A DNA stretch of 64,000 bases from the IMG/VR virus record IMGVR_UViG_3300036944_001324, positions 124,001-188,000 of that record, one strand, 5' to 3'. Made by a program: the position numbers and the translations under genes. Shown here one piece after another: positions 8,102 through 18,309 of this stretch (positions are counted from its first letter, which is position 1; each line of letters starts with the position of its first letter). The notes below the pieces were generated by a model that did no database searches, was not told the DNA's origin, and worked only from the letters and a program-made list of their open reading frames with translations.

Positions 8102-10687
8102 TCAAGCCGAGAGACTCACAGACGGAGACAAACTCACCAAGCCATTGGCGTAGTGAGCTACCACTTGGTACATGAACTGGTACTGGTGATGGGTCAGGTT
8201 CACAACCGTTGGCAGACTGTGAGGAAGAACAACCACGTAAGCTGGGTTCACGATGCTCTGTTGTCGAATAGGGTCAACCTCGAGCAAGTACTCGTAAGGT
8301 TTACAGATCTCAACCACGTCTTGCAAAGAGAAGCTGGGTTTGACAGGCAGCGTCAAACGTGCAAAACGAATGTCAAAGATCAGTTTGCACAAGAACGGAC
8401 TGAAGACCTGGTAGCGGTCAGGGATCGCGGTCAAGGGCCCACGATTGGTCTCTGGCAAACGTGGAGTGATGTAGTCACTCACACTCTTGTCGATGGTCTG
8501 TGCAATGGCGAGCAGCTCGTACGTGTCCTTTGCAATCTCCGGACGAAGCGGTACGTGCATGTCTTTGATCATGTACGGTGAGCCGTTGCTCGCGTGAGTG
8601 ATGGCGATCTGATTGCTTTCTTCACTGAACTCAACGTCTGCCTTGTTGACCAGTTTGCCGCGCGCAATGATGCGCTGCACCTTACCGTCGCGCAAGTCAA
8701 AGCGTTTGTTGTTCGAGAGCAAACCGTGCTCGATGTAACCAACGTCCCCTTCAGGATAGATGGTCATATCGCTGCGGCAGAAGCCTGCAAAGCGAATGTG
8801 GACTTGTTGCAAATCCGTTTCTGGATTGACAAGCCATTCCTTGGCAGTGATGTACACCGCACCGTTTTTGTAGAAGTAGTCCAGACCGTAGATCAAGCTG
8901 CGACCATTGAGGATCACATCGAGCTGACCGAGAGGGATGACAAGACGCCCCCAACCCGTTTGGCCGTTGTGGTTTTGCTGGGTTTGTAGGTTGATGACCA
9001 TCAACCCGTCAAGAGGTCGCACCGCGTGATCGACAGCGTAGAACGTCTTATCGGAACGCAGCGTTGGGTACGCTGTGGTCGAAGGACTGAGCCACGTGAA
9101 TACGCCGTTCACAATCGAGTACAGATTGGTTCCGGTAACGTCACGGGGGTTGGCTTGTAACACACCAGCCACTTTGGTCCGCAGGTAGACCTTGTAGTTG
9201 CGATCATTCTTGATGGTTGCGGTCGTAACACCGTGCACTTCATCAAGGGTCGATCCACCAATACCTGCGATGAACTCGACAAGGCGTGCGTTGTCGTTGT
9301 TCAGGTAGTAGCGATCACCCACGTAGTGGTGATGCCATCCAAGGAACAAACCATCGGCATCGTATTCGTAAGCTGTGCAACCGTGCATCAGCTTGAAGGG
9401 AACTTCGCAGTAAGGGTTTCCACCAATGTCCTTGGGAACGACTGGGGAATCCGCCAAGTACTTGGCCATGGCAAAATACCCGTATGCTTTTTCAACCAAG
9501 TCTGGTGTCACATCGCAAACGGGTGCACGCATCACTTCGGTGTAACCAGAAGCCTCCAGAACAGCGGCTCGCCACACATCCACGGTGGCGTCGATGCCCG
9601 TCATAGCGCGCTGCACTTGTTCATCAGCCATCTTGTACAGTTCATGCAGGCGACCATGCTCCCAGACGATCGGGCGGTCAAATCCAGCATGACGAATGGT
9701 TGCTGTGATGTACATGTTCTCCGTACCAGTCACGGGACCCATAGCAACCAGTTTACTCGCATGACGCTGAACATACGTCACAGCCAGAGCGTAGTCACGA
9801 TGGGTTACCTGCCGGATAGCGTCTTCGGCATTGTGGTGGAAGTACAAGTAGCTTGGGTTGACACCCAGACCAGAGATGTGAAAGTCCACATCGTCGTAGA
9901 AGTCGATGGTCGTAGGTCCGACACCGACGTAATGGAACAAGAATTTGCTCTTGTTATCCAGCGTGGAGTCAAACGTAGCCAAGTCTTTGATCTTGATCTT
10001 GTACTGGGCTTTTACCGAGCCATCCCACACGTACTCCAGGCTGTCACCAATGTTGATCAGACCAGCGTTGAGTGCTTCCTTCTTGATCCCGTTGTGGTAG
10101 AAAGAAAGAACACCAGGCGCTGGAGATTCAGCCAGCAGGCCGTTGTACTGGGAAATGAAGGTATCGCGAATCAGTGCGGACTCAGCAATAACCCCATGAA
10201 CCTGCACTTTGCGTGCGATGCTAGCGGACTCAGTGCGGTTCCAGAAAGCATTGGTGTAGACACGGACGTAAATCTTGTCACTGGCAAAGTTGACAGGAAT
10301 ACGGTTGTTGATGCGAACAGTAACTATCAGAGCGCCGGTTTGGGTGTACCGGTAGTAAGTGTCGTGACGCGGAAGCTCAACACCATCTACGTTGTAGATG
10401 TTGGCGATCAGGTTGCGGTCATTGCATGCATCCGCAAAAGAGATCCATTCAAAGGAGCGATGCAGGAGATTGAAAGCAATCGGATCAATACCACCAACGG
10501 TGTACACGTGCCACCGGCCAAAGTTGTCTGGTAGTTTGATCATGTCCCACATCACGCGAAACGATCGCATCACACCAGCAGAAGGTGTGAGACGTTGTGG
10601 CTGCAGTCGAAACTGCTGATCTTGGTCGATACCGCACCGAACATGTGTCAGTGCGTGATGACGCAAGAATGAGTAATCAGCCGTCAT
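8102..10687 (-). CDS. Virion structural protein, phiKZ gp27-like
   Basis: 861 aa; size and synteny. Confidence 0.7.
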   Translation of the reverse strand: MTADYSFLRHHALTHVRCGIDQDQQFRLQPQRLTPSAGVMRSFRVMWDMIKLPDNFGRWHVYTVGGIDPIAFNLLHRSFEWISFADACNDRNLIANIYNVDGVELPRHDTYYRYTQTGALIVTVRINNRIPVNFASDKIYVRVYTNAFWNRTESASIARKVQVHGVIAESALIRDTFISQYNGLLAESPAPGVLSFYHNGIKKEALNAGLINIGDSLEYVWDGSVKAQYKIKIKDLATFDSTLDNKSKFLFHYVGVGPTTIDFYDDVDFHISGLGVNPSYLYFHHNAEDAIRQVTHRDYALAVTYVQRHASKLVAMGPVTGTENMYITATIRHAGFDRPIVWEHGRLHELYKMADEQVQRAMTGIDATVDVWRAAVLEASGYTEVMRAPVCDVTPDLVEKAYGYFAMAKYLADSPVVPKDIGGNPYCEVPFKLMHGCTAYEYDADGLFLGWHHHYVGDRYYLNNDNARLVEFIAGIGGSTLDEVHGVTTATIKNDRNYKVYLRTKVAGVLQANPRDVTGTNLYSIVNGVFTWLSPSTTAYPTLRSDKTFYAVDHAVRPLDGLMVINLQTQQNHNGQTGWGRLVIPLGQLDVILNGRSLIYGLDYFYKNGAVYITAKEWLVNPETDLQQVHIRFAGFCRSDMTIYPEGDVGYIEHGLLSNNKRFDLRDGKVQRIIARGKLVNKADVEFSEESNQIAITHASNGSPYMIKDMHVPLRPEIAKDTYELLAIAQTIDKSVSDYITPRLPETNRGPLTAIPDRYQVFSPFLCKLIFDIRFARLTLPVKPSFSLQDVVEICKPYEYLLEVDPIRQQSIVNPAYVVVLPHSLPTVVNLTHHQYQFMYQVVAHYANGLVSLSPSVSLSA

Positions 10688-10832
10688 GTTGGAGAAAACC
10701 TCAGAAAGAAAACAAAGGGTACTTCAACCTGTTATTAGAGCAGGCGACACAAAGCACAGGACAAGCCTGTACAGCGTGATATAAACGCTGCAAAGGACCT
10801 GCCCTGTGTTGAGGTTGAAGTAAACGAAACGA

Positions 10833-11801
10833 TCAGGAACCGTAGAGAGTGCGGTGGATGGTACGGATGAAGTCTTGTTCACCCTTAGGTCCTTTGTAGA
10901 TCTCGGTGACGCGTGTGAACGCAGCCATCTTGTACCCACGTTGACCAAACGAAGCGTAGATCATGGCAAGGAACGTTGGAGGGTGCTCCAGCGCTACACA
11001 AGCCACTTCTTTGCCACCGAGACCAAACCAAGTACCGGAGATGACGGTATTGAGAAGGCCAACGTTGAAGTTTTCAAACCGTGGGTTTTCCATAACCGTC
11101 ACGATCTTGTTCACGAAGTCCGTCACGTCTTCGATGTAGCCAACCCGCTCCATCAAGCTGGCGGTTTCATCAGCCGGTGCTTTGGCGGCCTTGGCGATGA
11201 TCACGGCCAAGCGGTTGATCTCGTCGTCACGGAACTCGCTCTTATCGATGAAGAGACAGTGGTAGAAGAAAGCTGCCAAGATGCGAAGGCGCATCATGTC
11301 ACCAAGGTCCAGGCCCAGACGTTGGGAGACAGTCTGGGAAATCCACGAAGCGTAGATGGATTGGGCGATCGGGGAGATGTTGCGAAGAGCAACAGGGCCC
11401 TGGGTCAGCCAGATGGAACCCAGGCCGATACGGGCTTGGAGGAATTCGAACTCCATCACGTTGGCGATGTAAGGCACACCATCACGACCAGCACGCATGA
11501 ACGAGCGTGCATCACCCACCAAGTAGTTACCACCTGCCATGCCCTTGCCCGTAGGCATTTCTACCGGGATAGGGTGATAGAAGATGGGAAGAGCTTCTTG
11601 GGCGGTGCTACCCGGTGCGATGATGGAAGGAAGATAACCGCCTTCTGCATCACCCACTTTGAAGCTCAGGTGAAGATGTGCGTTGCGATTCATGGAAAGC
11701 GTACTGTCACGCACTTGCAATTCCTGCAGTGCTTCTCGCAGCTGGGTAACGATCAGACGCTTACCCAAGAAGGTGTCAAAAGTGGTTTTGAAGATAGACA
11801 T
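10833..11801 (-). CDS. Virion structural protein, phiKZ gp28-like
   Basis: ATG at 11801 (MSIFKTTFDT); ALEHPPTF motif; divergent from the sheath gene. Confidence 0.7.
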   Translation of the reverse strand: MSIFKTTFDTFLGKRLIVTQLREALQELQVRDSTLSMNRNAHLHLSFKVGDAEGGYLPSIIAPGSTAQEALPIFYHPIPVEMPTGKGMAGGNYLVGDARSFMRAGRDGVPYIANVMEFEFLQARIGLGSIWLTQGPVALRNISPIAQSIYASWISQTVSQRLGLDLGDMMRLRILAAFFYHCLFIDKSEFRDDEINRLAVIIAKAAKAPADETASLMERVGYIEDVTDFVNKIVTVMENPRFENFNVGLLNTVISGTWFGLGGKEVACVALEHPPTFLAMIYASFGQRGYKMAAFTRVTEIYKGPKGEQDFIRTIHRTLYGS

Positions 11802-11943
11802 AAAGACTGCAGTTGTTCTTGAAGATGAAAACGGAAAAACACAAGTGTTCAAACGTCGATCACCAACACAGCTATACCCGATTAGGAATGCTATGCAGGT
11901 TTCTACGAAATACTTATGATTCAGACAATTTAGGCCATTTTAT

Positions 11944-12262
11944 TATGCGCCTGATTTTGTCAGGTCATGACCAGCACATGATTTCCAACCCCCTATAAAA
12001 GAAGCTTGGGGACTTATATCTGCACGACCAAAGGCAGATCATGGATAAAACCTTCTGACAGACACTTGTTTCTTACAGCAGTTGCTAATAGCGATTGCGC
12101 GGAGGTGAGTGGATGCTCAAGGGGCGTGCTTCTCGTAACCTGGTGTTATCTGAAGGGGGTACGCAACAGGTCAAGGAATTCGTTCCGATCCCTCATCCGC
12201 CGACCATCCGTTCTTTCTTTTTCAATTTCCATCTTTCTTTCTGCTTTCGTTAGGAGCAATAC
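11944..12262 (+). promoter_or_regulatory. Long structured 5' leader of the tail sheath gene with possible TATG late promoter
   Basis: TATG at 11944 and multiple helices; 12081-12094 pairs with 12247-12260, which includes the SD. Confidence 0.5.
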
Positions 12263-14377
12263 ATGAGCAACACGATCGTCAATGGAGCCCCGCAGTTTAA
12301 CCCGCTGGGCACCAAAGATGTCAGCACACGCCCCCTGGTGCGCCAGCGCGAGAGTCGTCCGACTCACCTGCCGAAGATCTTCTTCTATGCACGTCGTGGT
12401 CCCACGACGGACCAATTGGTCGGTGACGGTTCGCTCACAGCGCTGTACCACACGGACACGTTCGACTACCGCAAGAAGTGGGCCAACCACGCTACGGTGT
12501 TCGTCAACGGCATCAAGTCCAAGGGCAACGCTGTCATGGCCAAGCGGGTGATCCCCACCGACGCTGGTCCTATTTCCAACGTCCTGATCAGCCTGGAAGT
12601 TCTGGAGCTGCCTGACCAGCCCGACTACGAACGCGAACTCGACGGCTCCATCAAGCTTGATGGCGTCACTGGCAACCCCATCCCCACCGGCGCGACCCAC
12701 ATCGGTCACGAAGTCCGCTGGGTGGCCTCGCACGCTGCAACCCACGTTGCTGCAGATACCTTCGGCGCTGCAACCATCACGGAAGGCACGCTGGTTGACC
12801 CCAGCGATCCGCTCAACAAGAGCTCGATCTACCCAATCCTGCAACTGCGTGAAACCTCCATCGGTGAAGACGGCAACCTGACGGGCGTTCGTCTGTGGGC
12901 ACCTACCGTTTCGTCCGTGGGTGAAAAGTTCGATACGCGTCTGCTGTCGCGCATCAAGGCTTACCCCTTCCGCCTGCAACTGCTGCGTCGCTCCGAAGGC
13001 ACCGGCGTGGTGCGCCCTGTGGAAGCACTCGATGGTTCGCAATCCATCCTGAGCACCTGGCCTACCGGCAAGATCGACCCAGCTACCGACGCGCAACTGT
13101 CCATCGGCGAAATCCTGCTGAACAAGTTCAACCGCGTGAACCACTCGCTGCTGCCCGATGTGATCGGCAACGTTGGCAACGTGCATGTGTACCAGTCGAA
13201 CATCAACACGCTGGTGGCCAAGTTCGCTGCTGCTGAAAAGGCCTTCATCACTGCCAACCCCGGCATCGATGTGGACACCGACTTCGCAATGGTTGCCGGT
13301 GAAGACCACCTGTTCAACTTCTTGGGCGGCACGACCTACAACGGTTACCCCTACCACACGTACAAGATCGTGGCCGGTGTCAACGGCCTGCGCATGGGTC
13401 CTCAATCGGCGATCGATTTCGCTGGTGGCTCTGACGGCACCATGAGCAACGCTGCTTTCGCCGCTCTGGTGGAAGACGAGATGTCGCAATACGCAGATCG
13501 CAACAGCGAATTGATGGACGACGCCTACCACATCGAAAGCGTGTTCTACGACAGCGGCTTCCCGCTGGCGACCAAGTACAAGCTGCTGGACTTCCTGGCT
13601 ATCCGCAAGGACTTGGCTGTGGCTCTGTCGACCTACGAAGTGGGCACTCCCAAGCGTACCGCTGGTGAGGACAACGCAACGGCTGTGGCTTTGCGCGCTC
13701 GCGCTCAGCTCTATCCTGAATCCGATACGTTCGGCACAGGTGTGATGCGTGTGTACATCCAAGGTCGCTCCGGTCGCCTCATCAACTCGCCTTACAAGGA
13801 ACGCGTGCCGGTCCTGTACGAAGTGGCCACCAAGTGCGCCGACTACATGGGCGCTGCCAACGGTATCTGGAAGGCTGGCAAGAACTTCACGGGCTACCCT
13901 GGTCACATGATCACGGAACTGGAAGACATCGATGTTGTGTTCACGCCTGTGGACCAACGCGTGCTCGACTGGGACACGGGTCTGAACTGGGTGATGCGTT
14001 TTGGCCGCACGGGCTACTACATCCCTGCGTTCAAGACCGTCTACGAAGACGACACCTCGGTGCTCAACAGCTGGGCTACCGTGCTGGCGATCTGCGAAAT
14101 CAACAAGGTCTGCCAAGCTGTGCATCGTCGCTACAGCGGCGTGGACTACCTCTCGAACGCCGAACTGGCTGATCGCGTGGATCGTGAGATCGCTGCTGAT
14201 CTGGAAGGCCGTTTCGATGGTCGCTTCTTCCTGCAAGTGCAAACCACCTTCACTGACCTGGACGTGGCTCGCAACTTCAGCTGGACCACCGCTGTTCGCA
14301 TCGGCGCTTCCGGCACCAAGACGGTCATGACGGCGTACGTGGAAGCGTACCGCCGTGAAGACCTGGAAACGCAGTAA
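12263..14377 (+). CDS. Tail sheath protein, phiKZ gp29-like
   Basis: 704 aa, SD AGGAG. PTHLP, GGSDG, YDSGF, YPES and TVYEDDTSVL motifs. Strong codon bias. Confidence 0.9.
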   Translation: MSNTIVNGAPQFNPLGTKDVSTRPLVRQRESRPTHLPKIFFYARRGPTTDQLVGDGSLTALYHTDTFDYRKKWANHATVFVNGIKSKGNAVMAKRVIPTDAGPISNVLISLEVLELPDQPDYERELDGSIKLDGVTGNPIPTGATHIGHEVRWVASHAATHVAADTFGAATITEGTLVDPSDPLNKSSIYPILQLRETSIGEDGNLTGVRLWAPTVSSVGEKFDTRLLSRIKAYPFRLQLLRRSEGTGVVRPVEALDGSQSILSTWPTGKIDPATDAQLSIGEILLNKFNRVNHSLLPDVIGNVGNVHVYQSNINTLVAKFAAAEKAFITANPGIDVDTDFAMVAGEDHLFNFLGGTTYNGYPYHTYKIVAGVNGLRMGPQSAIDFAGGSDGTMSNAAFAALVEDEMSQYADRNSELMDDAYHIESVFYDSGFPLATKYKLLDFLAIRKDLAVALSTYEVGTPKRTAGEDNATAVALRARAQLYPESDTFGTGVMRVYIQGRSGRLINSPYKERVPVLYEVATKCADYMGAANGIWKAGKNFTGYPGHMITELEDIDVVFTPVDQRVLDWDTGLNWVMRFGRTGYYIPAFKTVYEDDTSVLNSWATVLAICEINKVCQAVHRRYSGVDYLSNAELADRVDREIAADLEGRFDGRFFLQVQTTFTDLDVARNFSWTTAVRIGASGTKTVMTAYVEAYRREDLETQ

Positions 14378-14476
14378 GCGTTTTCTGGTGAGTAGTTGAG
14401 ATAGGGGTGGGCTGGCTTGTGCTGGCCCGCCTCTTGACCTTGTTGAATTCTTTTTCTTTTCTTTGAAAGCTCGAAC

Positions 14477-15346
14477 ATGACGATTACCGTGCAAGAACGC
14501 CTGATGCAAGGGCGTGCTTTCGCGCAAGGCTATCAGCACCCGATGCTTGACCCCACCTTCGGCGGTCAGCTCGGTTTCGCGCCTGACCTGCGCTACTGGG
14601 TGAACAACGCGAACTACGTTCAGCGCAACCTCATCCCGATCCTGGTGGAAGCCCCACGCTTCTTCCAGTACCTGAGCAACCCCGACAAGTGGCGCGATGC
14701 TTTGCGCGCCATGGTGGAGCTGCACCCCCGCACCATCGAAGGCCTGAACTCCACGCTGACGGTGGACGTCGACTCCACTCCTGTGGGTGGCGCTGGTGAA
14801 ATCCAGCAAGAATTCACCAACGTGACCCGTGCGCGTTCGGAGCCTTCTTTCACCTGGGACGAAAAGTACGGTCGCCCCTTCGGCACCATGCTGGAGAACT
14901 GGATCACCCAAGGCATGATGGACCCCGCTACCAAGGTGGCGAACATCGGTACCCTGGCTGGCCAGCGCCCCAACGACATGCTGCCCGACCAGTACGCCAT
15001 GACCATGCTCTTCATCGAGCCTGATCCGATGCACCGTCACGTGCTCAAGGCCTGGCTGATCACGAACATGTTCCCACAAGGCACTGGTGACATCACCGGC
15101 CGCCGTGACATCACGAGCCCTCTGCCTCTGCAGCAGATCAACGTGACGTTCTCCGCTCTCACGCAAGTGGGCGCTGGTGTGAACGCTGTGGCACAGGCCG
15201 TGCTCGATGGCATCAACATCACCAACGCGAACCCCAACCTGCGCGCTGCCTTCATCCAGGAAATCGCTCCTGACGTGATGGCTACCCGTAACGGCTACGG
15301 TGTCCAGACCCAAGAGATGGGTGACACCGCGATCAACATCGGTTGA
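14477..15346 (+). CDS. Tail tube protein, phiKZ gp30-like
   Basis: 289 aa directly after the sheath; EKYG and LFIEPDP motifs. Confidence 0.85.
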   Translation: MTITVQERLMQGRAFAQGYQHPMLDPTFGGQLGFAPDLRYWVNNANYVQRNLIPILVEAPRFFQYLSNPDKWRDALRAMVELHPRTIEGLNSTLTVDVDSTPVGGAGEIQQEFTNVTRARSEPSFTWDEKYGRPFGTMLENWITQGMMDPATKVANIGTLAGQRPNDMLPDQYAMTMLFIEPDPMHRHVLKAWLITNMFPQGTGDITGRRDITSPLPLQQINVTFSALTQVGAGVNAVAQAVLDGINITNANPNLRAAFIQEIAPDVMATRNGYGVQTQEMGDTAINIG

Positions 15347-15602
15347 TCGACAAGGCGTCATAAACGCATCAGAAGCCCTCCAGAAGCCACTCAATAAGCC
15401 TTACCAAGGCCATGGGTGCTCTGGGGGGTTTTATGCCGTCTATGGAGTTTTAACGAAGAGTATCTTGTGAGCCAATCTCCATTGCAGGGACAGCCAGCGT
15501 AACCAGTCGTTGCCGTTCTTTTGGGAATTGAAAATTCCGGCAGGTATGTTGAATCCAAAACGCATATCTACCCTACAACTAACCTTTCGTTAAAAATCTG
15601 CT

Positions 15603-17831
15603 ATGATTTTATTTCGTGATGAGTGGCAACGTTACGCAGCCATCCCCGACTTAGAGACTAAGAACAGATCGTTTATTCACATGGCGCGGGTGCTCAAGGC
15701 ACTTGGCGTTAAAAACCATCTGTTTCACCTGGCTCTGTACAACCCGTATTTGCGGGAAGTCGATCCACATTCTCCAACGATCTCTCCTGAAGAGATCTTG
15801 ATGGTGATTGAAGAATGCCGAATTAACTTCTGGTACTTCGTGCGTGAGGTTGCAAGAGCCCCCGGTCAGTCCGGCGCGCCTGCACGACCTCTTGAAGCTA
15901 ACCGTGGTAACTTAGCCCTCTTTTGGTGCTTCTTTAACCACGTGATGACAACGCTGATCCAGATCCGTCAAACGGGTAAGAGTTTCAACACTGACGTCTT
16001 GGGTGCTTATCTGCTTGAGATCCGTTGCACAGATACGCAGATCAACTTGCTCACGAAGGATGAAACCCTTCGCCGTGCTAACATCCAGCGTCTGAAGGAC
16101 ATCATGGGTGTGCTCCCACCATACCTGGACTCGCGGACCAAACGGGATGCGAACAACACAGAACTGATCACTGTGAAGGAACGCGGTAACCTTTACCAAG
16201 GTCACCTTCCTCAGGCATCTGAAAAGCTCGCTGGTAACGTGGGTCGTGGTTTGACTTCCCCCATCTTCTTCGTGGATGAAGGACCGTTCCAGCCCAACAT
16301 TCAAGAAGCTCTTCCAGCTGCTTTGGCCGCTGGTGGTGCTGCTCGTGAAATTGCTGATGAAGCAGGCGAGCCCTATGGCACTATCCTCACTACAACTGCC
16401 GGTAAGAAGGACACGAAAGAAGGCAAGTACTTCTTCAACCTTATCTCCGGTATGGCTGAGTGGTCCGAGGCTTTCTACGATGCCAAGGATCGTGAGGATC
16501 TGGAGAAGATCCTGCGCCGCTCTGGTCGTGATGGTGAGTACCGCGTAAACATCACGATGAATCACCAACAACTCGGTAAGACCGATGAATGGCTCGCTAC
16601 CAAGCTGGGTGAGTCGGTCTCCACTGGTGACAAAGCTGACCGAGATTACTTTAACCGCTGGACTTCTGGTACGGCTACCAACCCGCTGAACATCCAGACG
16701 CTGGAGAAAATCCGTGCGTCGCAGCGTGAGCCTCAGCATGCTGAGATCTGCAACCCCGGTGGGTACGTGGTTCGCTGGCATGTTCCTGAGAACCAGATCG
16801 AAGCTCGTATGAACTCGAGCAAGTACATCGTTGTTTTCGATACGTCCGAAGCCTCTGGCGGGGACGATATCTCCATGCGGGTTACAGACATCCACACGGG
16901 CGATATGGTTGCTGCAGGCACGTACAACGACACCAACATCATCACGTTCAGCGAATGGGTAGCTACGTGGCTCACGCGGTGGGAAACGACTACCATGCTG
17001 ATCGAGCGACGCTCTACCGGTGTTGCGGTGATTGACATGCTGCTGTTGATCTTGCCGGGTAAGAACATCGATCCTTTCAAGCGTATTTTCAATCGCATCG
17101 TTAACGAACACGATGAGATGCCGGACCGCTACAAGGAAATATCTGTCCCTATGTGGCGCCGTGATGGTGACATCTACGTTCGCAATAAGAAGGCGTTTGG
17201 TTTTGCTACGTCTTCATCGGGTCTCACTAGCCGTGCAGAGCTCTACGGCTCCACCCTGCATTCCGCAGCCAAACAAGTGGGTCACTTGGTGGCAGATAAA
17301 ACTACCATCGATCAGGTAGCAAGTTTGATCATCAAGAACGGTCGGGTAGATCACCCTGCTGGAGAACACGATGACATGGTGATCGGCTGGATTCTTACCC
17401 ACTGGTTCATGACCAAGGCAAAGAATCTTCAGCATTACGACATCGTACCTAGCAACATCCTGAAGGACTTGCGCCAGACACAAACTGCTGACCCAGTGGA
17501 CCTGTACAAAATCTCGGTACAAATGAAACTGCGTGAACGCATCGAGGAAGTTTCGCAAGCTTTCCAACGGGAAAACGACGACTTCATCTCTCGCCGTTAT
17601 GAACAAGAACTTCGTTATCTGTACAGTCGTCTTGAGCTGCAAGAAAACGAGAAGATCACGCTCGATGAGTTGATCGCTAAGACCAAGGAAGATAAGCTGC
17701 GCAAGCGTATCGATCGAGGTCTTGATAGTTCTGGACATAGAGACACTCACGAACGTGAACGTAAGTTCATTCAACGCATCGGTCATGGTCAACAATTCCA
17801 ATCGGCTTTGTTCGGTGGTTGGTCTCGTTAA
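15603..17831 (+). CDS. terL: Terminase large subunit
   Basis: Walker A RQTGKS, Walker B IFFVDE, motif TTTAG, nuclease VVFDTS and HDD. Confidence 0.92.
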   Translation: MILFRDEWQRYAAIPDLETKNRSFIHMARVLKALGVKNHLFHLALYNPYLREVDPHSPTISPEEILMVIEECRINFWYFVREVARAPGQSGAPARPLEANRGNLALFWCFFNHVMTTLIQIRQTGKSFNTDVLGAYLLEIRCTDTQINLLTKDETLRRANIQRLKDIMGVLPPYLDSRTKRDANNTELITVKERGNLYQGHLPQASEKLAGNVGRGLTSPIFFVDEGPFQPNIQEALPAALAAGGAAREIADEAGEPYGTILTTTAGKKDTKEGKYFFNLISGMAEWSEAFYDAKDREDLEKILRRSGRDGEYRVNITMNHQQLGKTDEWLATKLGESVSTGDKADRDYFNRWTSGTATNPLNIQTLEKIRASQREPQHAEICNPGGYVVRWHVPENQIEARMNSSKYIVVFDTSEASGGDDISMRVTDIHTGDMVAAGTYNDTNIITFSEWVATWLTRWETTTMLIERRSTGVAVIDMLLLILPGKNIDPFKRIFNRIVNEHDEMPDRYKEISVPMWRRDGDIYVRNKKAFGFATSSSGLTSRAELYGSTLHSAAKQVGHLVADKTTIDQVASLIIKNGRVDHPAGEHDDMVIGWILTHWFMTKAKNLQHYDIVPSNILKDLRQTQTADPVDLYKISVQMKLRERIEEVSQAFQRENDDFISRRYEQELRYLYSRLELQENEKITLDELIAKTKEDKLRKRIDRGLDSSGHRDTHERERKFIQRIGHGQQFQSALFGGWSR

Positions 17832-17839
17832 CTAGACGT

Positions 17840-17883
17840 ACGGCATAAAGCCCTACCCAAAACGGGTAGGGCTTTTATGTTGT
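17840..17883. terminator. Bidirectional CATA/TATG-framed hairpin
   Basis: ACGGCATAAAGCCCTACCC-loop-GGGTAGGGCTTTTATGTTG between convergent genes. Confidence 0.85.
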
Positions 17884-17891
17884 TTGCTTCT

Positions 17892-18269
17892 TCAATCGTT
17901 CAAACCACGCATGGCTAGAAAATCCAGATAGAAGTTACTTGCGTTGTACAAGGCCATAGCAGACGGTTGGTCTGCTTTTCCATCGTACGGCAAATGCAGA
18001 TACTGGCTGCAGACTCGCTGGAGTTTCTCTGGCGCGTCACCTCTGAGCTCAGTGCTGAGCTTGATGACGTGATCACGGCTGTTAGGAACCCACCACCGCT
18101 TATAAACCTTGGTATAGGTATTGATCTCGTAGAAAATCTCCAGATCAAATCCCCCGCCTTTTAACTGCAGTAGTTTTTTCTTCTCAGCGCTGCCTGGTTC
18201 GTGAATGTGAGTGTTGTAGGGTCCTAGGAGGAAATGAACTACGTGGACATAAAGCTGAGATAAGAACAT
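17892..18269 (-). CDS. Hypothetical protein
   Basis: 125 aa ORF, last gene of a minus-strand operon. Confidence 0.55.
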   Translation of the reverse strand: MFLSQLYVHVVHFLLGPYNTHIHEPGSAEKKKLLQLKGGGFDLEIFYEINTYTKVYKRWWVPNSRDHVIKLSTELRGDAPEKLQRVCSQYLHLPYDGKADQPSAMALYNASNFYLDFLAMRGLND

Positions 18270-18309
18270 GGCTGTATGGTAAATGGCTAAGGATTTAACC
18301 TTCGGCTAC

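Noticed and set aside
12146-15394. 1082-aa minus-strand ORF (also 41138..43162, 6385..8175, 51044..52738 and other long antisense ORFs)
   Set aside because: These are shadow frames of strongly codon-biased genes that avoid TTA/CTA/TCA, so antisense stops are rare. The translations are H/V/R-rich with no recognisable motifs.
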